Positions 8,425 to 16,924 of a stretch of DNA of 64,000 nt are shown one piece after another. Every line of letters starts with the position of its first letter. The first letter of the stretch is position 1. Source of the stretch: Limisphaerales bacterium (lineage in GTDB: Bacteria; Verrucomicrobiota; Verrucomicrobiia; Limisphaerales; JAJOIW01); contig CBFHOE010000002.1 of assembly GCA_965657355.1 (NCBI GenBank), positions 256,001-320,000 of the forward strand, given 5' to 3'. Below the pieces are notes generated by a model that was not told the origin of the DNA, did no database searches, and saw only the letters and a program-made list of their open reading frames with translations. The translations under genes were made by a program, and so were the position numbers.

Positions 8425-9741
8425 ATGGCTGACGAAAATAAGACAAAGAGCGTAATATCTATTCTTCAGGATTTTTCAATCCCATTGATATTCGGAGTAT
8501 TTTTGGCCCTCATAGTAGCCAATTACGACCAGCATTTATATCACACACTTACGCATACACCTCTTCATCAGCTGCCTGATGCACTAAGCCATTTAGATGA
8601 AACCCACCAGGACTCTCACCACAAGGAGAATGAGGCGCATGGAAGCCATGAAAGTTCTCCCGATGGAAAAGACACTTCACACAAGTCACACGGCGGTTTA
8701 GACCACTATTTAACACTACATTTTTTAGTGAATGATCTTTTCATGGTCATATTTTTTGGCATTGCAGCGAAAGAAATCACAGAATCCCTTCTCCCCGGTG
8801 GAGCCCTTAACCCACTTAATAAAGCAATTAACCCACTACTCGGTACGTTGGGAGGAGTATTGGGCCCAGTTGGGTTTTTCTTTTTGTTTAATGGCCTTAT
8901 GGGAAAGCAAGAGTGGTCCAATGGCTGGGGAATTCCGACTGCCACTGACATTGCTTTAGCCTGGTTGGTTGCCAGGATTGTTTTTGGCAAAGGCCATCCG
9001 GCCATAAGTTTTCTTCTTCTTTTGGCGGTTGCAGATGATGGAATTGGATTAGGCATAATTGCTTTGGCATACCCAGATCCGCACAACCCAGTTGTGTGGG
9101 CCAATACTTTGTGGATATTACCTGGGATGTTAGCGGCCTACATCCTTCGCAGGATGAATGTCCAAAGCTGGATTCCCTATATTTTGTTCGGGGGGATTGC
9201 GAGTTGGTATGGTCTTTATTCTGCTCACCTTCACCCAGCTCTTGCTCTAGTATTTATCGTGCCGTTTTTACCTGGCCCCAAAAAAGATTTCGGTCTTTAT
9301 CGAGAAGAAAAAGATTATGATGCAGCTTCACATGCACAACACAGCCCACTTGAAAATTTTGAACATAATTTAAAATTATTTGTCGATTTTGGACTATTTT
9401 TCTTTTCGTTCGCAAATGCTGGTGTTCCATTCTCAGGTATTAATAATCTCACGTGGGTAGTGCTATTAGCACTATTTGTCGGAAAAACGGTTGGCATAAC
9501 GGCTTTTTCCTGGATCGGCCACCTATTGGGCTTCCCGTTGCCTCAAGGGATGTCCTTCAAGCACCTCGTCGGCGCTGGTATAATCGCTGGCATTGGTCTG
9601 ACCGTGGCTTTATTTGTGGCTGGCCAAGCTTATACTGATCTGGTTTCACAGGGAGCAGCAAAAATGGGGGCCTTGTTCAGCGGGTTCATATTTATAGTCG
9701 CCTACGCGTTTGGGAAAGCAGCACATTTGAGGGAAAAGTAA
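8425..9741 (+). CDS. nhaA: Na+/H+ antiporter NhaA family, with His-rich loop
   Basis: GWGIPTATDIALA, LLAVADDG (DD pair), LFVGKTVGI, GIGLTVALFV. Confidence 0.92.
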   Translation: MADENKTKSVISILQDFSIPLIFGVFLALIVANYDQHLYHTLTHTPLHQLPDALSHLDETHQDSHHKENEAHGSHESSPDGKDTSHKSHGGLDHYLTLHFLVNDLFMVIFFGIAAKEITESLLPGGALNPLNKAINPLLGTLGGVLGPVGFFFLFNGLMGKQEWSNGWGIPTATDIALAWLVARIVFGKGHPAISFLLLLAVADDGIGLGIIALAYPDPHNPVVWANTLWILPGMLAAYILRRMNVQSWIPYILFGGIASWYGLYSAHLHPALALVFIVPFLPGPKKDFGLYREEKDYDAASHAQHSPLENFEHNLKLFVDFGLFFFSFANAGVPFSGINNLTWVVLLALFVGKTVGITAFSWIGHLLGFPLPQGMSFKHLVGAGIIAGIGLTVALFVAGQAYTDLVSQGAAKMGALFSGFIFIVAYAFGKAAHLREK

Positions 9742-9799
9742 GCTAACTAACTGGATATATAAGCTGAGTATTTACTTATTATTGGTAATATTTTTTTAA

Positions 9800-9988
9800 G
9801 TGTTTGGAAAATACAAAAAAAGGTGTCCACGTTGCGGGTCGATACACGTCATCGTCTGGCCATTCAACCCATTAAATATAATTCTAGTGCCCATAAATTT
9901 TCTGCTTGGATTCTTTAATTTAGGGACACTTTTTTTTATGTCATGCTCAGATTGCGGGTTTCGGTTTACACAGAAACGCATGAGGTGA
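9800..9988 (+). CDS. 62-aa protein with two CxxC motifs flanking a hydrophobic segment (LITAF-like zinc ribbon)
   Basis: GTG start; CPRCG...IILVPINFLLGFFNLGTLFF..CSDCG; TG-n-TAATAT extended -10 at 9783-9791. Confidence 0.6.
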   Translation: MFGKYKKRCPRCGSIHVIVWPFNPLNIILVPINFLLGFFNLGTLFFMSCSDCGFRFTQKRMR

Positions 9989-10017
9989 TTTCTCCTCTTA
10001 TTGGTTACGTGTAATCT

Positions 10018-11076
10018 TTATTTCTCAAGTTGGTCTATCGCCCACGCGGCATGTTCCGAGATGAGTGAATCCTCATCCAGTTTGGCTTTCATAAGATCTG
10101 GGATATGGGATTTATCTCCTGAATTTCCCATTGCCACGCACACATTACGTAAAAAACGAGATCGCTTTGTCCTAAAGAGAGGTGTTCCTCGTGTTTTTTT
10201 CCTGAAAGCTTGATCACTTAGTGATAGCCATTCTGACAAAGTTGAGTTTTTAAAATCTTCCCTGGAAAACTTTTGCAGCTCGGATGCCTGCTTAGCAAAT
10301 TTGTTCCATGGGCAGACACTGAGACAATCGTCACAACCGAAAACACGTTGTCCGATTTTCGGCCTTAAATCGAGAGGGATCGAACCTTTATGTTCGATAG
10401 TCAGATAACTTATGCATTTCCTTGAATCGAGAACAAATGGCTTGGGCAAGGCACCGGTGGGACAGGCATTTAGACAGGCCTCACATTTCCCGCACCGATT
10501 TTTTTCCGCTTCATCCGGGTGCATTTCAGCTTGTGTGAGAATCTCAGCAATAAAAAACCAGTTACCAAAATTTCTAGATATGAGATTGGTGTGCTTTCCA
10601 GCAAATCCTATTCCGGCTCTTTGAGCAAAACATCTCTCGAGGATTGGTCCTGTATCGACATACCAAAGAGATCGCGACTCCACTCCGGTTAATTGATCCA
10701 CAAATTGACTAAGAGATTTCAATCTATCCCCAATAAAGTCATGATAATCTGATGCTTGTGCATAACGGGCTATCACAGCCGCATTAGAAGCCGTTACATT
10801 TTTTCCCTTTGGATAACCAGTTTCATTGGAGTAATTTAGAGCAAGAACAATGGCGCTTTTGGCTTCCGGTAGAATCTTTTGAGGCATCAATCTTTTTTCG
10901 GCTCCCTTCTCTATCCATTTCATTTCACCATGCATTCCTTGGTCTAGCCAAATCCCGAATGCTTCTTTGTGTATTTCCTCCGGAGGAGCAGCTGATGTAA
11001 TTCGACAATCAGAAAACCCCAGACTTAATGCCTCGTCCTTTATCTGGTCTTTTATTGAGGGGAAATCCACTATCAT
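10018..11076 (-). CDS. queG: Epoxyqueuosine reductase QueG
   Basis: IARYA..DYH, VDTGPILER, CGKCEACLNACPTGA, CISYLTIE, FGCDDCLSVCPWN. Confidence 0.96.
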   Translation of the reverse strand: MIVDFPSIKDQIKDEALSLGFSDCRITSAAPPEEIHKEAFGIWLDQGMHGEMKWIEKGAEKRLMPQKILPEAKSAIVLALNYSNETGYPKGKNVTASNAAVIARYAQASDYHDFIGDRLKSLSQFVDQLTGVESRSLWYVDTGPILERCFAQRAGIGFAGKHTNLISRNFGNWFFIAEILTQAEMHPDEAEKNRCGKCEACLNACPTGALPKPFVLDSRKCISYLTIEHKGSIPLDLRPKIGQRVFGCDDCLSVCPWNKFAKQASELQKFSREDFKNSTLSEWLSLSDQAFRKKTRGTPLFRTKRSRFLRNVCVAMGNSGDKSHIPDLMKAKLDEDSLISEHAAWAIDQLEK

Positions 11077-11131
11077 TGAAACATGCTATATAATGTTACC
11101 TACAGCTATTATTACAAATCAGACTTAGGTG

Positions 11132-11914
11132 TCACTCCGTTGACTCATAAATAAGCGATTTTAAATTATCAAGATTTTTGCTTACCACCATATTGAGATC
11201 AGCTGCAAGGACTTTTCTATTTTTTCCAGAATAAACTGATTCATTTATATATATGTGGCAGTCGATTCGCGGCAGTAAAATCATTTGCTTAAAATGGTCA
11301 ACAAATTCCATATCCCCCCAGTAGCAAACTCGCTCCGAAGCACTGCCTTCACATTTTTTTGGTATGGTAAATTTGATGGCAAGTGTTTGAATAACCCATT
11401 CATTTTTGGCAGCTAAATGAAATAAAGAGGAATGAAATGGAAGAACAGAACTTCCTCCTGAACTCGTACCTTCAGGAAAAAATATAACACGACTCCGCGA
11501 TTCCAAAACCTGATTAAATGAATTAAGAACCTTTGGTATATCTGACTTCTTCTCTCGGTTTAAAAAAAGAGTACCCGCGCAGTCTGCGAGCCAACCCACT
11601 AAAGGCCATTCTTCCACATCAGATTTACTCACGAAATTCATGGGACACAATTTCAGGAATGAAATAATATCTAAGTAACCCAAGTGGTTTGAGACCAACA
11701 ATTGGGCGTCGGGATTGATATTACCTCCATAGTTATGAACACGTATACCAAAATTCCACCTCAATACAGCGGCCCACAATGTAGCCCATTGGTATTTTTC
11801 TCTTGGGTTAAGTTTTCTTAATTTAAGAAAACTTCGAAAACGAGAATCCAATGGACCTATGATTCCGACAAAAACAAAAACGAGGAATTTGAAAATAGCA
11901 TGAAATTTCCTCAT
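11132..11914 (-). CDS. Lysophospholipid acyltransferase family protein (OlsA-like O-acyltransferase)
   Basis: SNHLGYLD (HX4D) and FFPEGT motifs; directly downstream of an OlsB-like gene. Confidence 0.85.
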   Translation of the reverse strand: MRKFHAIFKFLVFVFVGIIGPLDSRFRSFLKLRKLNPREKYQWATLWAAVLRWNFGIRVHNYGGNINPDAQLLVSNHLGYLDIISFLKLCPMNFVSKSDVEEWPLVGWLADCAGTLFLNREKKSDIPKVLNSFNQVLESRSRVIFFPEGTSSGGSSVLPFHSSLFHLAAKNEWVIQTLAIKFTIPKKCEGSASERVCYWGDMEFVDHFKQMILLPRIDCHIYINESVYSGKNRKVLAADLNMVVSKNLDNLKSLIYESTE

Positions 11915-11940
11915 GATGAAAAATTTGGTAGCAGGTCCGG

Positions 11941-12735
11941 CTAAACGTTTAAACCCAATCTTTTTGCAACTTCTTGATTAAGTTGGTTGAGATCCAGAAA
12001 GGTGAGCAGATCAATGGTTTTAAATTCACGATCAATGGCTGGAGGTCCACAAATTTTAGCCCCGACAGCCATATAAGCAGATAAAAGCTTTGGAACTTTT
12101 ACTTTGAGCTTTTCCTTACTTTCATCAGGGTTGCATACGAAAACTCCCTGGGGATTGGTTTGAAATTGTTTTTCGACCAAGTGTTCATTTTGAAGCATGT
12201 TGAAGAGTTCAATGCCCTCGTTGGGATTTTGTGAAGATAAAGAACTGCAACCAATGAGGTAGCGAGCACCATTGTTCCGCGCATACTCTACTATTCCTCG
12301 CCATAGCATTCCCAGAACAACTAAGTTTCTATGCTCTTTTCTTACGCAGGCTCGGCCAAGTTCTATCAATTCTGGAACAATGGGAGAGTATACTGAGAAA
12401 TCAAATTCCTGCTGGCTATAAAAGCCATAGTTTTTAAGTGCTGAATTTCCAGTTTGCAACCTGTACGTTCCAACAATGTCACCAGATAATTTATCTTCAA
12501 CTAATAGGTGATCGCATACTTCATCGAATTTATCAGAGTCCAGAAAAGTCTCATACGAATGTTCCAACCCTTCATTCATTTCCAGATTGAAAACCACAAA
12601 TCGGAGATTTTGAGCCGCCTTTATCTCTTTTTCAGAAGTGGCTAGCCGCACCGTGTATTTTGCTTTCCCACGCATTAGTGAGAGGATTCGGTCTCCTTTG
12701 GATCTCGTTCTATGCTGGTCAGTTGATATTTTCAT
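11941..12735 (-). CDS. olsB: GNAT N-acyltransferase, OlsB-like (ornithine/aminolipid synthesis)
   Basis: LRFVVFNLEM, DKFDEVCDHLLV, VGTYRL, YSQQEFD, ELGRACV, YLIGCSS, GAKICGPPAIDREF. Confidence 0.8.
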   Translation of the reverse strand: MKISTDQHRTRSKGDRILSLMRGKAKYTVRLATSEKEIKAAQNLRFVVFNLEMNEGLEHSYETFLDSDKFDEVCDHLLVEDKLSGDIVGTYRLQTGNSALKNYGFYSQQEFDFSVYSPIVPELIELGRACVRKEHRNLVVLGMLWRGIVEYARNNGARYLIGCSSLSSQNPNEGIELFNMLQNEHLVEKQFQTNPQGVFVCNPDESKEKLKVKVPKLLSAYMAVGAKICGPPAIDREFKTIDLLTFLDLNQLNQEVAKRLGLNV

Positions 12736-12843
12736 TAGATAATGACCCCGGGTTTTAGCCGAAAGACGCAGAATGGCAACTGGTCAAAACGCCGAGGAAT
12801 CGTGACAGTAAACACTCTAGGCGGACATTTGAGAATCAAAATT

Positions 12844-15800
12844 TTAACACTTTTTAGGATCGGTGTTCGACAACCGCAAAAAACCCAAACGATGAGATTC
12901 CTTGACAAAATTTTCTAACTTTTTCTCCGAAATCGAAAAACGAGTTCCCAGGTCTTGGGCAAATATTGAAATATAGTATTCCTCAACCATTCCTCTGAAT
13001 TCGCGCGCTTTCATTATGGATTCTGGGGAAAAATGTTGAGATTTTTGCCATTTCTCAGATAAAGCATGCCAAGGTCTTACCTTTTCCCATTTGGACTGGT
13101 CTTTACTTGGACTTGTTTTCGCTCTTTGCACTCTGATCAACCGCGCTTTGAGGGAACGAGGTAAATAGGAAAGCTCCTCTTTCGACTGCATGTTTCGGAA
13201 AAACCTTTTCGGCAAAAGAGACTGCAAATCATCTCTTACAATCGACGGCCCAGGGGTGTGGGATAGAATTTCCTGCCGCAAGCGCAATGTTTCTGTAACC
13301 TTACCGGCCACCCACTTTCCTAAATTAGGTATGGATGCGCGTGCGGCTATCACTGCCGATTCGAAATCATTCTTTTTCAATGGCCAAAGATTAGAAGCGG
13401 GAAATAATATTCTGAGACAAAATTCCGTTACATCTTGCACAAGGTATTCAAGGTCAGGATATGTCACCGCATCCAAATTTTGATGGGTTATGGTGAGTAA
13501 ATCTTTTTCGAGCCAAAGCATCTCTTTTCCTAAAGCAAGACTTCCCAATCTGCGGTAGGCAGGTGTGGATGAAAGCTTGGCATCTTTTAAAGAGCGAAAA
13601 GTTCGCACATGAACAAGCCCCCCTTCAAGATACAGCCCTGGAAATATCCAGGACGTGCGAGCTCCCGGTGTATTGATTTCAACATGCTCGGGGAGGTCTC
13701 CAAAATCCCAGGTCCTTACATCATGCCTTTCAAAAGACCTCACGGCACTGACCATTTGCCCTTTGTGAGCACTCGCACTCTGGTTTTGCAAGTAAGATTG
13801 AAACTCAAAAATATCCTTACCTTGGAATTGAGTTTTCCCATTTTTATCAACTACACCCACCTTGACCTGCAAATACTCAGGGAGCTTTTCCCACTCCCAT
13901 ATGGAAGGTGGGATATCAATTTTTTTGTTAATCCTTATCCAATTGGAGAGATCCTGTGATAAGTATTTACTTTTTGGTTTTAGGTCACCAACGATTTCCT
14001 GTGCCGTTTCAGATATGGGCATCAACTCTTTTCTGAACTGGCGTGGCAATAATCTGAGCAAGTTCTCAACTTTTTCATATCTATATCCTGGCACAAGCCA
14101 GTCCAAAAGTGCCTGAGTTACTTTCATACTCAGAATTGCAGGTAGAAAAATGGTAACCCCATCGTTTTTCTCTCCTGGAGAATATGAGTATTCAAAATCT
14201 ACAATATGGCCAGCACATGAAAGCTGGTCTGGATAATTAGCTTTCTCGATTTCCAAAGAGGTATCCTGAATGATATCACCAAGAGACATATTGAGATAAT
14301 GAGGATCACTTTCATTCCATTCTTTTAGCTGCTTGTTAAAGTCATGAATTGATGATATCTCTGCTCCCTGAAATTTTTTGTGATAATAATCATAAATCCT
14401 ATCATCGAGACGAGACATGGAAACGTCTCGCATGCGTCTCTGCCAGTTTTGGATTTCATTTATCACACCCTTATTGTGCTCCATGAACGGAAAAACCTGG
14501 TTTAGCTGACCTTCAACAAGTGCCTCTCTGATAAAAATATCTGTAGCATCAACAGGGTTGATTTTTTTAAGATCAACTGATCGAACAATGACCTCCAGCC
14601 CTTTGAGTGCCACTCTCTCATTTACAACAACTCGAGAAGATTTTTTATCCCATCTCGGCTCAAAATAAGTAAATTGGCAAAGGTGCTCTCCGAACTCAAT
14701 AATCCACTCGGGTCGAATTTTTGCATTATTACGAGCAAAGAGTTGACTCGTTTCTAGAAACTCTCCGGCCACGATCCATCTTGGTTGCCCTGCTCGGTCA
14801 GAAGACTTTTGTGATAGTTTCCCTTTATTTTTGAGTTTTCTTTCTCGGCTTGTTGTTGCTCTAAAAACGACAGACCCCGGAAAGGCCATAACTTTTCTAT
14901 TACCTGGAGACTTATACCAATTTTTCTCGACCCAAAAACCTGTTTGTATAATAAGCCCAGTTAAAATTGATCTATGAATCGCATCCTCTCCAGCCTCAGA
15001 TTTATTAAATTTAAAACCACCTATCTCGCGCAGGGTATATTTTAATTGCGTATGTATGTCCCTCCACTCTCTGAACCTGATAAAGGATATGAAATTCTTC
15101 TTACAAAATTTTCTGAGCTGATTCTGTGACCTAAGGTTTTTTGCATTCTCGTGAAGTACATTCCAAAGATTGAGCATCGTGATGAAATCTGAGTTCTCAT
15201 CTCTGAAAACTTGATGAGCAGCATCGGCCTGCTTTTCTTGCTCCAAAGGCCTTTCTTTTGGATCCTGAATGGATAAACCAGATGCAATAATCACAACTTC
15301 ATGGAGTGCGTTCTCCTCACTTGCCTGGATAACCATTCTTCCAATCATGGGATCAACTGGCAAGCGAGCTAAACGTTTTCCCAATGGGGTTAGCCCGAAG
15401 TGTTGATCTAGCGCACCGAGCTCCTGTAGCAACTTATAGCCGTTCTTGATTGCCTTTTCCTGAGGAGGGTTGAGAAATGGGAAAGATTCGATGTCACCTA
15501 AACGAAAAGCCTTCATTTTAAGAATGACCTCGGCTAGGTTGCATCTTTGCAATTCAGGCTGAGTAAATTTTGGCCGCTCTAAAAAATCTTCCTCTGAATA
15601 CAGGCGAACGCAGATACCATCTTGCACCCTTCCGCAGCGGCCTTTTCTTTGATTTGCTGACGATTGAGAGATGGGCTCAATAGGGAGACGCTTAGTCCGT
15701 GTCCTAGGGCTATATCGGCTCATGCGTGCTAACCCGCAATCAATGACAAATCGAATATTGGGGATCGTTACTGACGTTTCAGCAATATTGGTGGCGATGA

Positions 15801-16860
15801 CAACCCTCCGGCTTAAGCTACTGGAGAATATTCTTTGCTGCTCTGCAGATGAGAGACGCCCAAATAAGGGAAGAATTTCAAGTCGACCACCATATCTGGC
15901 TTCCATTTGATCGCGACACTCTCGTATATCTCTTTCCCCTGGCATAAATACGAGAAAATCACCCGGAGAAGGGTCATGCAACAACGACTCCACAGCGTCG
16001 ACGGCAGCCTCAACAAAACCATATTCATATTCTAGATCCTCTTCATCCCAAGGTTGGTATATGACTTCGACAGGAAAAACTTTACCTGAAACTTCGATAA
16101 TTGGTGCCTCATTAAATGCTTTTGAAAATGCCTTTGTATCGATTGTTGCTGAAGTAATGATAATTTTTAACTCGGGGCGTTCATCTATAAGATTTCTTAA
16201 ATAACCTAAAATGAAGTCGATATTAAGAGATCTTTCATGGGCTTCATCTATAATAAGGACTTCGTAATCCAAAAGTTTTGGATCTCCCTGAGCCTCAGCT
16301 AAAAGCATTCCATCGGTAAGAAATTTAATAAATGTTTCGGACGAGGTATCGTCATTAAATCTCACCTTACAGCCCACCGTTTTCCCCCACTCGACTTCCA
16401 GTTCCTCTGCAACTCGTTTTGAAATAGAGTGAGCGGCAACACGTCGAGGTTGAGAGCAGCCAATAAATCCCTTAGTCCCCAATCCTGCTGCGAGACACAT
16501 TTTAGGGATTTGGGTTGTTTTTCCTGAACCGGTTTCACCAGCTATGATCACAACCTGGTTGTGCTGGATTGCCCGAACTATTTCCTCACACCTTTCACTG
16601 ACTGGAAGTGCTCCCGGAAAAGAGGGATTCGGTAAAGACTCTTTTCGGTTTTCGACTTTTTTCAGAGATTGTTGCAATCTCCTTATTGCAGATTCTATTT
16701 TAGACTTATTGGGAAGCCTTTGTTGTGCCAAGCAAAGCTGAAAAAATTCAAGATCTTTGACTAGGCCCGGCTTATCCCGCAAGTAACTGCGAGGGATTTT
16801 CTTTTCGTATTCATGAATTAGATCAGATACGAAAGTTAATGTCATTTCACTTGAGCCCAT
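12844..16860 (-). CDS. hrpA: ATP-dependent RNA helicase HrpA
   Basis: GETGSGKTTQ, QPRRVAA, DEAH, SAT, TNIAETS, QRKGRCGR, long HrpA-type C-terminus. Confidence 0.96.
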   Translation of the reverse strand: MGSSEMTLTFVSDLIHEYEKKIPRSYLRDKPGLVKDLEFFQLCLAQQRLPNKSKIESAIRRLQQSLKKVENRKESLPNPSFPGALPVSERCEEIVRAIQHNQVVIIAGETGSGKTTQIPKMCLAAGLGTKGFIGCSQPRRVAAHSISKRVAEELEVEWGKTVGCKVRFNDDTSSETFIKFLTDGMLLAEAQGDPKLLDYEVLIIDEAHERSLNIDFILGYLRNLIDERPELKIIITSATIDTKAFSKAFNEAPIIEVSGKVFPVEVIYQPWDEEDLEYEYGFVEAAVDAVESLLHDPSPGDFLVFMPGERDIRECRDQMEARYGGRLEILPLFGRLSSAEQQRIFSSSLSRRVVIATNIAETSVTIPNIRFVIDCGLARMSRYSPRTRTKRLPIEPISQSSANQRKGRCGRVQDGICVRLYSEEDFLERPKFTQPELQRCNLAEVILKMKAFRLGDIESFPFLNPPQEKAIKNGYKLLQELGALDQHFGLTPLGKRLARLPVDPMIGRMVIQASEENALHEVVIIASGLSIQDPKERPLEQEKQADAAHQVFRDENSDFITMLNLWNVLHENAKNLRSQNQLRKFCKKNFISFIRFREWRDIHTQLKYTLREIGGFKFNKSEAGEDAIHRSILTGLIIQTGFWVEKNWYKSPGNRKVMAFPGSVVFRATTSRERKLKNKGKLSQKSSDRAGQPRWIVAGEFLETSQLFARNNAKIRPEWIIEFGEHLCQFTYFEPRWDKKSSRVVVNERVALKGLEVIVRSVDLKKINPVDATDIFIREALVEGQLNQVFPFMEHNKGVINEIQNWQRRMRDVSMSRLDDRIYDYYHKKFQGAEISSIHDFNKQLKEWNESDPHYLNMSLGDIIQDTSLEIEKANYPDQLSCAGHIVDFEYSYSPGEKNDGVTIFLPAILSMKVTQALLDWLVPGYRYEKVENLLRLLPRQFRKELMPISETAQEIVGDLKPKSKYLSQDLSNWIRINKKIDIPPSIWEWEKLPEYLQVKVGVVDKNGKTQFQGKDIFEFQSYLQNQSASAHKGQMVSAVRSFERHDVRTWDFGDLPEHVEINTPGARTSWIFPGLYLEGGLVHVRTFRSLKDAKLSSTPAYRRLGSLALGKEMLWLEKDLLTITHQNLDAVTYPDLEYLVQDVTEFCLRILFPASNLWPLKKNDFESAVIAARASIPNLGKWVAGKVTETLRLRQEILSHTPGPSIVRDDLQSLLPKRFFRNMQSKEELSYLPRSLKARLIRVQRAKTSPSKDQSKWEKVRPWHALSEKWQKSQHFSPESIMKAREFRGMVEEYYISIFAQDLGTRFSISEKKLENFVKESHRLGFLRLSNTDPKKC

Positions 16861-16924
16861 TTTCAGAGATCAAGATGCCAGAAGGAAATAATTTGTCCAA
16901 GTGACAATGGCGTATCATTTGGAT

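Noticed and set aside
9796..9981. 61-aa minus-strand ORF
   Set aside because: Antisense to the CxxC micro-protein, which has motif and promoter support
12742..12808. Pho-box-like half sites (CTGTCAC, TTGCCAT, GGGTCAT) upstream of olsB
   Set aside because: Spaced 29 and 31 nt apart, not the 11-nt periodicity of PhoB boxes
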